Below are positions 1 through 12,800 of a stretch of DNA of 64,000 bases, piece after piece. Positions within the stretch are counted from its first letter, which is position 1, and the number at the start of each line of letters is the position of its first letter. This stretch comes from Macrostomum lignano (Eukaryota). Both the position numbers and the translations under genes were made by a program. The notes beneath the pieces were generated by a model. The model saw only the letters and a list, made by a program, of their open reading frames with translations. It was not told where the DNA came from and ran no database searches. The DNA lies in the NCBI GenBank assembly GCA_002269645.1, contig NIVC01003110.1, forward strand, positions 1 to 64,000, read 5' to 3'.

Positions 1-158
1 GATCAAATGAAAAGATCAATCAATTGAAAATCAAAGTTTTTTATTTGAATTTTTTAAATTAAATTAATTTTAATTTTAAGAATAACACAAAATCTTTTTT
101 TAAAGTGCAGCTGCAATAATAATATATGTAGCTACTAAAAAAGTCAGTCAGTCAGTCA

Positions 159-525
159 CATACATGCACAACAGTTGGCCAAGTTGGCTGATTTGGCTGA
201 CCAATTTGGCGGCCAAACAAGGAAGTTGCAAAGTGCCCACCCAAAAAATACCAAAGTAGTAGTACTATGTAGCTGACGAGGCATTTTGACTTAATAAGAC
301 ATAGTCATAGTTATGTCTTATTAGTCATAGTCATAGTCTATAACTATAGTCATAGTAAAGTCATAGTTACTCCTACCGTTTACCTATAGTAGCGTTAATT
401 TTGCTTTACACTACTTATGCTAGGGTTTTTTATATGTTAGTTGCATTTTTGGCCAAAAACTATGTCGCATTTTTGTTAAAACTAAGTTGCATGGATGACC
501 AAATTTTGAAGGTTGCGCATGTATG
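159..525. mobile_element. MITE-like element with 14-bp terminal inverted repeats (TIRs), sitting in a (GTCA)4 microsatellite
   Basis: CATACATGCACAAC at 159-172 is the reverse complement of GTTGCGCATGTATG at 512-525 with 1 mismatch. GTCAGTCAGTCAGTCA flanks both sides (143-158, 526-541). A (TAGTCA)n tract lies inside at about 297-370. Confidence 0.55.
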
Positions 526-620
526 GTCAGTCAGTCAGTCATTAATTAATTAAAAAACTTAAAAGTTTAAGACACAAAAATTTCTATTTGCTAAAAAAAA
601 TTCAAATTAAAAAAAAACTA

Positions 621-687
621 CAACCACTTAGGATTCAAACCTGCTATATGCAATCACAAGACAATCATCTTATCCACTAAGCCACCA
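621..687 (-). mobile_element. Decayed tRNA-derived SINE head
   Basis: The minus strand reads TGGCTTAGTGG (A-box-like) followed at tRNA-like spacing by GGTTTGAATCC, a B-box GGTTCGAATCC with CG>TG. Confidence 0.45.
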
Positions 688-2384
688 TTTGATTATGAGA
701 GAGCCTTATAGAACACACATTTTATATCAATGATTATAGCTGTGCCTATAAGCATAAATATTATAGACTAGACATGGCTGCTATGCTTAAGTACTCTATA
801 TTTAAAAACATGCAATTAAAATTTACTAGGCAGGCCTATTGAACTATTAATGAATATCAATAAAAATAGCTAGCCAATTGATTTGCCAAAGGCAAATTAT
901 TTAGCCAAAAGTTTTTGTCTTAACTTTTGATTTGATAATAATAGTTATATAATTGTCTAATAGGCCTATTCTTTTAAATGATCATCATTGCTTAATATAT
1001 CAATTTCAATAGACAATCACCATTGAAATTTGACTCTATTTTATAAAAGTATTTTTGATATCCTAATAATTTAGTTCTATTCTAATAGAATAACCTATAA
1101 TATTTATATCATTTAAATAGTCAATCTATATATTATTTGTTTTAAAAGGCAATCATTTCTATGAAACTTTTAGAAAAAAATGATCATGTTCCAAAACTGC
1201 TAAAAACAATTAAAAATAAAATGCTTCAACCTCTTCTATTCTAATAGATATAATTAGATATTGCATCAAGTATATATTAAATATTCCACAAAAATATTTA
1301 TTATACTTTCAATTAATAGTCATTTGTATAGAGTCTATAGAGTCTATACTATAGACTAGTAATATTGAAATGATTAGGCCTATCTTCAAAATTCAGGGGA
1401 TACATATTACATTCTACTTTTTAACCTATAGTTTTTTGTATTAGCCTATGTTTATATGTAGAATTAAAGCTGAGATCTTATTCAATAGAGCCAGTTCATT
1501 TGAGACATCTGTGCAAGTGGTTTAAAGCTCAATGTGACCCTATTTCTCTAAATATATGGAGTCCAGATGCGAAATATACAAAGTTATTATATTTTTAAAA
1601 TATGATCATTTTAGGACAATTTTAATATTTGAATTGATTTTATCCAAAACTGATATAACATATAAGCCACAAGGGAAAGTGCTAATTTATAAAAGAGCTA
1701 ATACTAGAAACCATTTGTAATGTTATTTAAGAGCTTCTACTTTATTTATTTAAAACTGTTATTAAGGTGATAGTCAATTTACTTGGTAATTATTATCTGA
1801 AAGATTGCCAATTATCCTAGGCCTATTTATCTCATGATCATTGGAATGTTCTATATAATGGTCCCATATATGCAAAATCAATATGGCTAGAGTTTTGCTA
1901 GTGTCATAGTAATAATTGTTAGGTAAAGGTGATATAAGACCTAATAGAGATAGATTATATAGTATTATAGTTAAGCCAAAATTTGTTTTCACATAGTTGC
2001 AACCAAAACTATTTATATAGAGCTCCATTGTAGATACAGATATTGCTATTGAAAGTTATAGATATATAGGTTCTTAGACAAAACATATATGGTTATGAAA
2101 TCAATACTTCTAAAATTTAGGAATTACTCTAATCTCTAATACTCCATCTCTAATTGTTGACTGATTTTTAGGCTTTCTATTACCTTTTTGCATATCCTCT
2201 TTATGTCAATTCATAGAGATGTATTGATCCATGTTAATTTGGCTGCAATATGTCATATGGGTAAATTAAGCTAAAGAACTTATCTTTGATTCCCTTGTCT
2301 GCCATCAGGTTATTCCTAATTGTGCTTTGTAATCTGGCACTACAATGGCAATATTCCAATTTATGAACCAACAAACCAATTGGG

Positions 2385-5300
2385 ATGGCTCCTACAAGCA
2401 TTGAAGTTATCAAAAGCGTATTTTCAGCTTCTATTCACGTCCTGGCAACCAAGTCGGGCAGTCACGTGACTCTTCAATCGTTAGCCGAAGCCTACGAGAG
2501 AACTATGGGTCATCCGGTGCCGTTTCGTGAACACGGTTTTAGCAGCGTTGAAGAGCTAATCAGAGTTGCACTGCAGGCACTCTGACGATGTACAGAGTGG
2601 GCGCCAACATGTGCGCTAAAAGCACCCAGCCGCCCAACCATGCTTCCAAACGCATTATCGAGAAAATTAACACAGAAATAAAAGCTGTCGCGGCGGTAAA
2701 AGTCGCTTTAGCTTTCAAAAAAGTCGGCCAATCGGAATCCCAGCTGTCCGCAACAGGTGCGAAATCGTATAGCCAAATTAGTTGAAGAATTCTTTGCTAA
2801 AAACGGCGAAGGCTGCAGTTTAGGTCACTTTGGCGGGCTTTATTTTCAACGTTACGGTTTTGTACTGCGTCTAGACCAGTTTGCCTGCAATTCTATGCTA
2901 TCATTTATGCGATTCCTGCAATCTTGCGGCGTCATTGACATCATTGAGACGCCTAATGGCGACCACAGGCTGATGCCGGCTAAATCTGGCCTGTACGTCA
3001 CCGACCCGAACTCCGATAAACTGGTCAATATGGTGGCCAACTGGCCTGACGGCCCGGCGCCACTGGATCAGCTATCCGAGGCCTATTGCTCCCAGTACGG
3101 CTTCGAGCCCTGTCGGCAGCTGGGATTTCTCAGCTTCGACGCGATGGTAAAGGCGGAGAAGCGACTGCGACTGGTGCCTCGATTAGGCGCCTGTCCGCTG
3201 GTACAGTTGGCCGACAGCCTGCGACCAGCACCGCCTGCTAGGTGAGTCATATTTAATTATCTGCGGATTTTTTCATCAGAAATCCGAGTGCCATTTTTGC
3301 ATCCTGACTCCCGAAGCATTTCAATGGCAATGTCATCAATTACAGCTATTTAGGAGTCCGTTTAATGTATTTAACCTTATTTATTTACTTAACTAAACCC
3401 ATAGGCTAGGGGTTGTGGCCTAGTGGTCAGAGCGTCGGACTCACGCAGGAAAGGTCGGGGTTCGATTCTCAACTCACTTGAAACAATTTGTGTCCTTGAG
3501 CAAGACACTTAACTCTGCATTGCTTCAGTTCACCCTGAATTAGCTGGGGCTGAGCTGTCTGTTGCAAAACTGCCCAGTAGGGCAGGTGTAATTAATTATT
3601 ATTGTTGTTATTACGAATTTTTATTATGAATCAACCTAGATAGATTTTATGTTTTTATGTTTTACTTAGGGAAAACTCGTGTGTAAAATCTACGTTTTAG
3701 ATTTAGGTTATAGGGTTTAGGTTAGGTTAGTAGCGTTATGGTTAAGGATATGAGTTTACGTTAGGTTCATGTCAGGCTCGACAGTCAAATTGACGGCAGT
3801 CGATGCGTTATGCTTTTCAGCAACGAATTGCCGGCTAACTGTATCAAGCAGCAGCCACTGCAGCAACTGCCGAAGACGAGCAGCTACCGCAGCTTCCTCA
3901 AGAGCTGCATCAACCTTTGCAGAATCTACAGTTGTATTCACCGCCTCTGCCGCCTTTGTCCTCGTCTTCATCGTCTGGCGGCGGCGGCGACGTCTCGTCC
4001 GTTGGTCTGAAGTCCATGACCAATACATGCATTAGCGAATTGGATCGGAGCGACACCTGGTCTACGTACGGCGACGGGGACAGTGGTAGTAACGGAATTC
4101 CGGCCGACTGTGTACCCATTGGCTGCCAGCTGCAGCCGCTGCCTGTAGCGGAATATGCCGATCCGAATACTGGCACTGTCAGGGTAAGTTGGACTTGCTT
4201 TTACTCTATATCGTACAAATCCACCAGACTCTTCAGAATACACCAAACTCTTCAGAATCCACCAAACTCATAAGAATCTACCAGACTCTTCAGAATCCAC
4301 CAAACTCATCAGAATCCACCAGACTCTTCAGAATCCACCAAACTCATCAGAATCCACCAGACTCTTCAGAATCCACTAGCCTCTTCAGAATCCACCAAAC
4401 TCATCAGAATCCACCAGACTCTTCAGAATCCACTAGCCTCTTCAGAATCCACCAAACTCATCAGAATCCACCAGACTCTTCAGAATCCACTAGCCTCTTC
4501 AGAATCCACTAGCCTCTTCAGAATCCACCAGACTCATCAGAGCCCACCAGACTCATCAGAATCTACCAGACTCTTCAGAATCCACTAGCCTCTTCAGAAT
4601 CCACTAGCCTCTTCAGGATCACCAGACTCATCAGAGCCCACCAGACTTATCAGAATCTACCAGACTCTTCAGAATCGACCAGCCTCATCAGAATCCACCA
4701 GACTCATCAGAGTCCACTAGACTCATTAGAATCTACCAGACTCATCAGAGTCCACCAGACTCATCAGAGTCCACCAGCCTCATCAGAATCCACCAGACTC
4801 ATCAGAGTCCACCAGACTCATCAGAGTCCACCAGCCTCATCAGAATCCACCAGACTCATCAGAGTCCACCAGACTCATTAGAATCTACCAGACTCCAGAG
4901 TCGCTGTCTAACCGCCCTACTAGGTGTCTAAATAGCCCTGTACATGTAGGTGCATGGCTGCAAGTACAATAGCTACTATATTACAGTATTACACTACCTT
5001 CACAGGTGAGCGTGAAGGCCACTTGCCCAGACGACCTGCTGCTCTCTGTGCATAGCAGCCGGCTAGACGAACAGCGCCGACGCCTCCAAGCCGACATGAA
5101 AGCTTGCGCTGATTGGCAGCCGATCTCGCGTCGTCACGCAGCCACAGGCGGTCTGCTGTGCGCTGCCAGACTGGGCGGCGCCAATGGCCGACTAATCCGC
5201 GTCCAAGCGCTCGGATTTGACGGCGCTCCCCGGGCCGGCCGGGTTCGAGTCCGGCCGTTAGACGAGCCGCCTAGCGGCTCAGAAATTGTCAGCCTAACGG

Positions 5301-5592
5301 ATCTGTATTATTTGAAGCGGCAATTTGCCGACGCCTGCAGTCAGTTGACGGCGTTGGCCTATCTGGACTGTTTGAAGCCGACGGATGCGAACGGCCAGTG
5401 GAGCGAGGCGGCTAGCAATTTTTTCTGCGATTTGATGACGAACAGCTCAGAGCCGAAGGCGGTGCAAATTGTGCGCAATTTGCTGGACGAGGTAAACAAA
5501 CTATTGCAAGCAATGTGCAGACACGCATTAAGACATACACGCTTTGTTAATAGGTTCATAGGCATTCCTAGTACGAGACATTTGGACTGCTG

Positions 5593-5684
<92 letters not shown>

Positions 5685-5784
5685 GCTACTAATACTACTA
5701 CTACTACTATTACCACTTCTACTACTACTACTACTACTACTTATACTATTACCACTACTTCTACTACTACTACTACTTCTTCTT

Positions 5785-5880
<96 letters not shown>

Positions 5881-6322
5881 TTACCACTTCTACTACTACT
5901 ACTACTTATACTATTACCACTACTTCTACTACTACTACTACTTCTTCTTCTACTACTACTACTACTACTACTACTAGCTAGTATTAAGGATGCATTTTAT
6001 TTTTGTCCGGTATTGTAGTATATATTTTACAACCCTAACCCTAATAATAATAATTTCAGCCGCCGTACAACTGCTCTGTAGTCTTTGTTCGGCCCAACGT
6101 GTCCATCGAGATGATTAAGTATGGCTATGCATTGGAGCCGAGCATTTTGGTGAGTTAACAAAAAAAATCCTAGGCACTTCTTGAATGCATTTAATAATTC
6201 ATACACTACTACTCACCAAATCCACCAGATTTACGGCTTCTGTAAAACAAGTCATACATTTCTGGCCTTGATTTTTCATTTCATTTCAGACTTACCCAAC
6301 GCAGCGACTTACCGACTTCTAA
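2385..6322 (+). CDS. TDRD5/Tejas-like LOTUS (OST-HTH) x3 + extended Tudor protein. Exons: 2385-3241, about 3821-4183, 5006-5491, 6060-6149, 6290-6322. Three 1-nt frameshifts
   Basis: Three LOTUS-like motifs: LQSLAEAYERTMGHPVPFREHGFSSVEELI, LGHFGGLYFQRYGFVLRLDQFACNSMLSFM and LDQLSEAYCSQYGFEPCRQLGFLSFDAMV. Tudor-SN-like region in 5006-6149 (LYYLKRQFADACSQ...LDCLKP...WSEAASNFF; NVSIEMIKYGYA). GT-AG splice sites with compatible phases; AATAAA at 6353. Frameshifts near 2575, 2748 and 3870. The exon 2 acceptor is uncertain (3821 or about 3776). Confidence 0.75.
3409..3590 (+). mobile_element. tRNA-derived SINE with CORE-like segment, in intron 1 of the Tudor gene
   Basis: A box TGGCCTAGTGG at 3416-3426 and B box GGTTCGATTC at 3459-3468. 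These are followed by GTGTCCTTGAGCAAGACACTTAAC, which resembles the CORE-SINE central motif. The 3' end is approximate. Confidence 0.7.
4219..4897. repeat. About 19-bp minisatellite (CAGAATCCACCAGACTCTT/CAT), Tudor gene intron 2
   Basis: Tandem units visible directly; starts about 35 nt after the 4184 donor. Confidence 0.95.
5590..5975. repeat. (TAC)n microsatellite, Tudor gene intron 3
   Basis: Visible directly, with an internal duplicated variant block. Confidence 0.97.
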
Positions 6323-6822
6323 ATTCTAATCAATTGAATTTGCAAACGCGTTAATAAACTTCCTGCTTGTCAACTTAAAAAACTGCATTTTTGCTAAATA
6401 AATTTCTATCGTTCTCCTTATCATGTGTACTAATACGCTCAAGTCACCTATTTTTCATTTATACACTTTAAGATGGTGTGTGTGTGTGTGTGTGTGAGAG
6501 AGAGTTCGGCGCTAGTTCTATAACAGTTGGCGTTGGGAAAGATCCTAAAATATATCCAATAATTTTTCACGGGGTTTTTTAATCGAATTTTGTTGTTTAA
6601 TTGATTTTCGCTGGGTAAAAATCTATTTATACTACTGTTATCGTATTATTGTAGTAGCATAGCAAACATCTGAAAATTCAAATTTTAAGTATATTAGCAA
6701 CTAATCGGTATTCATTTCCCCTCACCAGCTTGATTTTGCGAGCGCGCGGCTTCTGTAAAACAATAAGAAATCTAATAAAATACAAAAATTTCTGTAACAA
6801 ATAACTGACTAAACCATTAGCC

Positions 6823-9800
6823 ATGGCCGATGACGATTCTTCACTAGCTCCGTTCGAAGACGACGCCGCTGCCAACGCCGGCGGCGGCATCGGCTCCGAC
6901 GACGAGGACGCCAATCTGGCCGCTCCGGAGGTGCGCGGCGGAGTCGGCGAAGATGGCGAAGAGGACAATGGCGAGGAACTGTTTGGCGACGATATGATGA
7001 ACGACTATAGGCCTATTCCCGAGCTAGATAGGTAATTCTTTGAATTAAGTATATAAACTCTACAATTCAATTTGAATTCTTTAGGCTTCCTTTAATATCC
7101 CAGGGCATTTCAACCTAAATGCATGGCCTGTTAGATCTCAATGCATAGCCTCAATTCGATCTCAATGCATAGCCTCAGCCTCAGTTAGATCTCAACCATA
7201 GCCTCAGTTAGATCTCAATTCATAGCCTCAATTCGATCTCAATGCATAGCCTCAGCCTCAATTAGATCTCAATCCATAGCCTCAGTTAGATCTCAATCCA
7301 TAGCCTCAGTTAGATCTCAATCCATAGCCTCAATTAGATCTCAATGCATAGCCTCAATTAGATCTCAATGCATAGCCTCAATTAGATCTCAATCCATAGC
7401 CTCAATTACATCTCAACCCATAGCCTTAGTTAGATCTCAATCCATAGCCTCAATTAGATCTCAATGCATAGCCTCAATTAGATCTCAATCCATAGCCTCA
7501 ATTACATCTCAACCCATAGCCTTAGTTAGATCTCAATCCATAGCCTCAATTAGATCTCAATGCATAGCCTCAATTAGATCTCAATCCATAGCCTCAATTA
7601 CATCTCAACCCATAGCCTTAGTTAGATCTCAATCCATAGCCTCAATTAGATCTCAACCCATAGCCTCAGTTAGATCTCAATTCATAGCCTCAGTTAGATC
7701 TCAATCCATAGCCTCAGTTAGATCTCAACCCATAGCCTCAGTTACATCTCAACCCATAGCCTCAGTTAGATCTCAACCCATAGCCTCAGTTACATCTCAA
7801 CCCATAGCCTCAGTTAGATCTCAATCCATAGCCTCAATTACATCTCAACCCATAGCCTCAATTAGATCTCAATGCATAGCCTCAATTAGATCTCAATCCA
7901 TAGCCTCAGTTAGATCTCAATCCATAGCCTCAGTTAGATCTCAATCCATAGCCTCAATTAGATCTCAATGCATAGCCTCAATTAGATCTCAACCCATAGC
8001 CTCAGTTACATCTCAACCCATAGCCTCCGTTAGATCTCAATCCATAGCCTCAATTCGATCTCAATGCATAGCCTCAGCCTCAGTTAGATCTCAACCCATA
8101 GCCTCAATTAGATCTCAACCCATAGCCTCAGTTACATCTCAACCATAGCCTCAGTTAGATCTCAATTCATAGCCTCAATTCGATCTCAATGCATAGCCTC
8201 AGCCTCAATTAGATCTCAATCCATAGCCTCAGTTAGATCTCAATCCATAGCCTCAGTTAGATCTCAATCCATAGCCTCAATTAGATCTCAATGCATAGCC
8301 TCAATTAGATCTCAATCCATAGCCTCAATTACATCTCAACCCATAGCCTTAGTTAGATCTCAATCCATAGCCTCAATTAGATCTCAATGCATAGCCTCAA
8401 TTAGATCTCAATCCATAGCCTCAATTACATCTCAACCCATAGCCTTAGTTAGATCTCAATCCATAGCCTCAATTAGATCTCAATCCATAGCCTCAATTAG
8501 ATCTCAACCCATAGCCTCAGTTACATCTCAACCCATAGCCTCAGTTAGATCTCAATCCATAGCCTCAATTCGATCTCAATGCATAGCCTCAGCCTCAGTT
8601 AGATCTCAACCCATAGCCTCAATTAGATCTCAATCCATAGCCTCAATTAGATCTCAATGCATAGCCTCAATTAGATCTCAATCCATAGCCTCAGTTTGAT
8701 CTCAATCCATAGCCTCAGTTAGATCTCAATCCATAGCCTCAATTAGATCTCAATGCATAGCCTCAATTAGATCTCAATCCATAGCCTCAATTACATCTCA
8801 ACCCATAGCCTTAGTTAGATCTCAATCCATAGCCTCAATTAGATCTCAATGCATAGCCTCAATTAGATCTCAATCGATAGCCTCAATTACATCTCAACCC
8901 ATAGCCTTAGTTAGATCTCAATCCATAGCCTCAATTAGATCTCAATCCATAGCCTCAATTAGATCTCAACCCATAGCCTCAGTTACATCTCAACCCATAG
9001 CCTCAGTTAGATCTCAATCCATAGCCTCAATTAGATCTCAATGCATAGCCTCAGCCTCAGTTAGATCTCAACCCATAGCCTCAGTTAGATCTCAATTCAT
9101 AGCCTCAGTTAGATCTCAATCCATAGCCTCAGTTAGATCTCAACCCATAGCCTCAGTTACATCTCAACCCATAGCCTCAGTTAGATCTCAATTCATAGCC
9201 TCAGTTAGATCTCAATCCATAGCCTCAGTTAGATCTCAACCCATAGCCTCAGTTACATCTCAGCCTCAGTTAGATCTCAACCATAGCCTCAGTTACATCT
9301 CAACCCATAGCCTCAGTTAGATCTCAATCCATAGCCTCAATTACATCTCAACCCATAGCCTTAGTTAGATCTCAATCCATAGCCTCAGTTACATCTCAAC
9401 CCATAGCCTCAGTTAGATCTCAATCCATAGCCTCAATTAGATCTCAATCCATAGCCTCAATTAGATCTCAATCCATAGCCTCAATTAGATCTCAACCCAT
9501 AGCCTCAGTTACATCTCAACCCATAGCCTCCGTTAGATCTCAATCCATAGCCTCAATTCGATCTCAATGCATAGCCTCAGCCTCAGTTAGATCTCAACCC
9601 ATAGCCTCAATTAGATCTCAACCCATAGCCTCAGTTACATCTCAACCCATAGCCTCAGTTAGATCTCAATCCATAGCCTCAATTAGATCTCAATGCATAG
9701 CCTCAATTAGATCTCAATCCATAGCCTCAGTTAGATCTCAATCCATAGCCTCAGTTAGATCTCAATCCATAGCCTCAATTAGATCTCAATGCATAGCCTC

Positions 9801-12800
9801 AATTAGATCTCAATCCATAGCCTCAATTACATCTCAACCCATAGCCTTAGTTAGATCTCAATCCATAGCCTCAATTAGATCTCAATGCATAGCCTCAATT
9901 AGATCTCAATCCATAGCCTCAATTACATCTCAACCCATAGCCTTAGTTAGATCTCAATCCATAGCCTCAATTAGATCTCAATCCATAGCCTCAATTAGAT
10001 CTCAACCCATAGCCTCAGTTAGATCTCAATCCATAGCCTCAGTTAGATCTCAATCCATAGCCTCAATTAGATCTCAATGCATAGCCTCAGCCTCAGTTAG
10101 ATCTCAACCCATAGCCTCAGTTAGATCTCAATCCATAGCCTCAATTAGATCTCAATGCATAGCCTCAATTAGATCTCAATCCATAGCCTCAGTTAGATCT
10201 CAATCCATAGCCTCAGTTAGATCTCAATCCATAGCCTCAATTAGATCTCAATGCATAGCCTCAATTAGATCTCAACCCATAGCCTCAGTTACATCTCAAC
10301 CCATAGCCTCAGTTAGATCTCAATCCATAGCCTCAATTCGATCTCAATGCATAGCCTCAGCCTCAGTTAGATCTCAACCATAGCCTCAATTAGATCTCAA
10401 TTCATAGCCTCAGTTACATCTCAACCATAGCCTCAGTTAGATCTCAATCCATAGCCTCAATTAGATCTCAATCCATAGCCTCAATTAGATCTCAATCCAT
10501 AGCCTCAGTTAGATCTCAATCCATAGCCTCAGTTAGATCTCAATCCATAGCCTCAATTAGATCTCAATGCATAGCCTCAATTAGATCTCAATCCATAGCC
10601 TCAATTACATCTCAACCCATAGCCTTAGTTAGATCTCAATCCATAGCCTCAATTAGATCTCAATGCACAGCCTCAATTAGATCTCAATCCATAGCCTCAA
10701 TTACATCTCAACCCATAGCCTTAGTTAGATCTCAATCCATAGCCTCAATTAGATCTCAATCCATAGCCTCAATTAGATCTCAACCCATAGCCTCAGTTAC
10801 ATCTCAACCCATAGCCTCAGTTAGATCTCAATCCATAGCCTCAATTCGATCTCAATGCATAGCCTCAGCCTCAGTTAGATCTCAACCCATAGCCTCAGTT
10901 AGATCTCAATTCATAGCCTCAGTTAGATCTCAATCCATAGCCTCAGTTAGATCTCAACCCATAGCCTCAGTTACATCTCAACCCAAAGCCTCAGTTAGAT
11001 CTCAATTCATAGCCTCAGTTAGATCTCAATCCATAGCCTCAGTTAGATCTCAACCATAGCCTCAGTTACATCTCAACCCATAGCCTCAGTTAGATCTCAA
11101 CCCATAGCCTCAGTTACATCTCAACCCATAGCCTCAGTTAGATCTCAATCCATAGCCTCAATTACATCTCAACCCATAGCCTTAGTTAGATCTCAATTCA
11201 TAGCCTCAGTTACATCTCAACCCATAGCCTCAGTTAGATCTCAATCCATAGCCTCAATTAGATCTCAATCCATAGCCTCAATTAGATCTCAATCCATAGC
11301 CTCAATTAGATCTCAACCCATAGCCTCAGTTACATCTCAACCCATAGCCTCCGTTAGATCTCAATCCATAGCCTCAATTCGATCTCAATGCATAGCCTCA
11401 GCCTCAGTTAGATCTCAACCCATAGCCTCAATTAGATCTCAACCATAGCCTCAGTTACATCTCAACCCATAGCCTCAGTTAGATCTCAATTCATAGCCTC
11501 AATTCGATCTCAATGCATAGCCTCAGCCTCAATTAGATCTCAATCCATAGCCTCAGTTAGATCTCAATCCATAGCCTCAGTTAGATCTCAATCCATAGCC
11601 TCAATTAGATCTCAATGCATAGCCTCAATTAGATCTCAATCCATAGCCTCAATTACATCTCAACCCATAGCCTTAGTTAGATCTCAATCCATAGCCTCAA
11701 TTAGATCTCAATGCATAGCCTCAATTAGATCTCAATCCATAGCCTCAATTACATCTCAACCCATAGCCTTAGTTAGATCTCAATCCATAGCCTCAATTAG
11801 ATCTCAATCCATAGCCTCAATTAGATCTCAACCCATAGCCTCAGTTACATCTCAACCCATAGCCTCAGTTAGATCTCAATCCATAGCCTCAATTCGATCT
11901 CAATGCATAGCCTCAGCCTCAGTTAGATCTCAACCCATAGCCTCAATTAGATCTCAATCCATAGCCTCAATTAGATCTCAATGCATAGCCTCAATTAGAT
12001 CTCAATCCATAGCCTCAGTTAGATCTCAATCCATAGCCTCAGTTAGATCTCAATCCATAGCCTCAATTAGATCTCAATGCATAGCCTCAATTAGATCTCA
12101 ACCCATAGCCTCAGTTACATCTCAACCCATAGCCTCCGTTAGATCTCAATCCATAGCCTCAATTCGATCTCAATGCATAGCCTCAGCCTCAGTTAGATCT
12201 CAACCCATAGCCTCAATTAGATCTCAATTCATAGCCTCAGTTACATCTCAACCCATAGCCTCAGTTAGATCTCAATCCATAGCCTCAATTAGATCTCAAT
12301 CCATAGCCTCAATTAGATCTCAATCCATAGCCTCAATTAGATCTCAACCCATAGCCTCAGTTACATCTCAACCCATAGCCTCAGTTAGATCTCAATCCAT
12401 AGCCTCAATTCGATCTCAATGCATAGCCTCAGCCTCAGTTAGATCTCAACCCATAGCCTCAATTAGATCTCAACCATAGCCTCAGTTACATCTCAACCCA
12501 TAGCCTCAGTTAGATCTCAACCCATAGCCTCAGTTAGATCTCAACCCATAGCCTCAGTTAGATCTCAATCCATAGCCTCAATTACATCTCAACCCATAGC
12601 CTTAGTTAGATCTCAACCCATAGCCTCAGTTAGATCTCAACCCATAGCCTCAGTTAGATCTCAACCCATAGCCTCAGTTAGATCTCAACCCATAGCCTCA
12701 GTTAGATCTCAACCCATAGCCTCAGTTAGATCTCAATCCATAGCCTCAGTTAGATCTCAATCCATAGCCTCAATTAGATCTCAATCCATAGCCTCAATTA

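Noticed and set aside
1774-2028. 84-aa minus-strand ORF
   Set aside because: It lies in the AT-rich CpG-void block with no recognisable motif; most likely chance or an unrecognisably decayed TE.
2586-2756. An intron explaining the first two Tudor-gene frameshifts
   Set aside because: There is an AG at 2755-2756 but no canonical donor, and the segment reads as the helical extension expected after a LOTUS domain.
3409-3480. Functional tRNA gene
   Set aside because: A and B boxes are present, but there is no complete cloverleaf acceptor stem and the sequence runs into a CORE-like SINE body.
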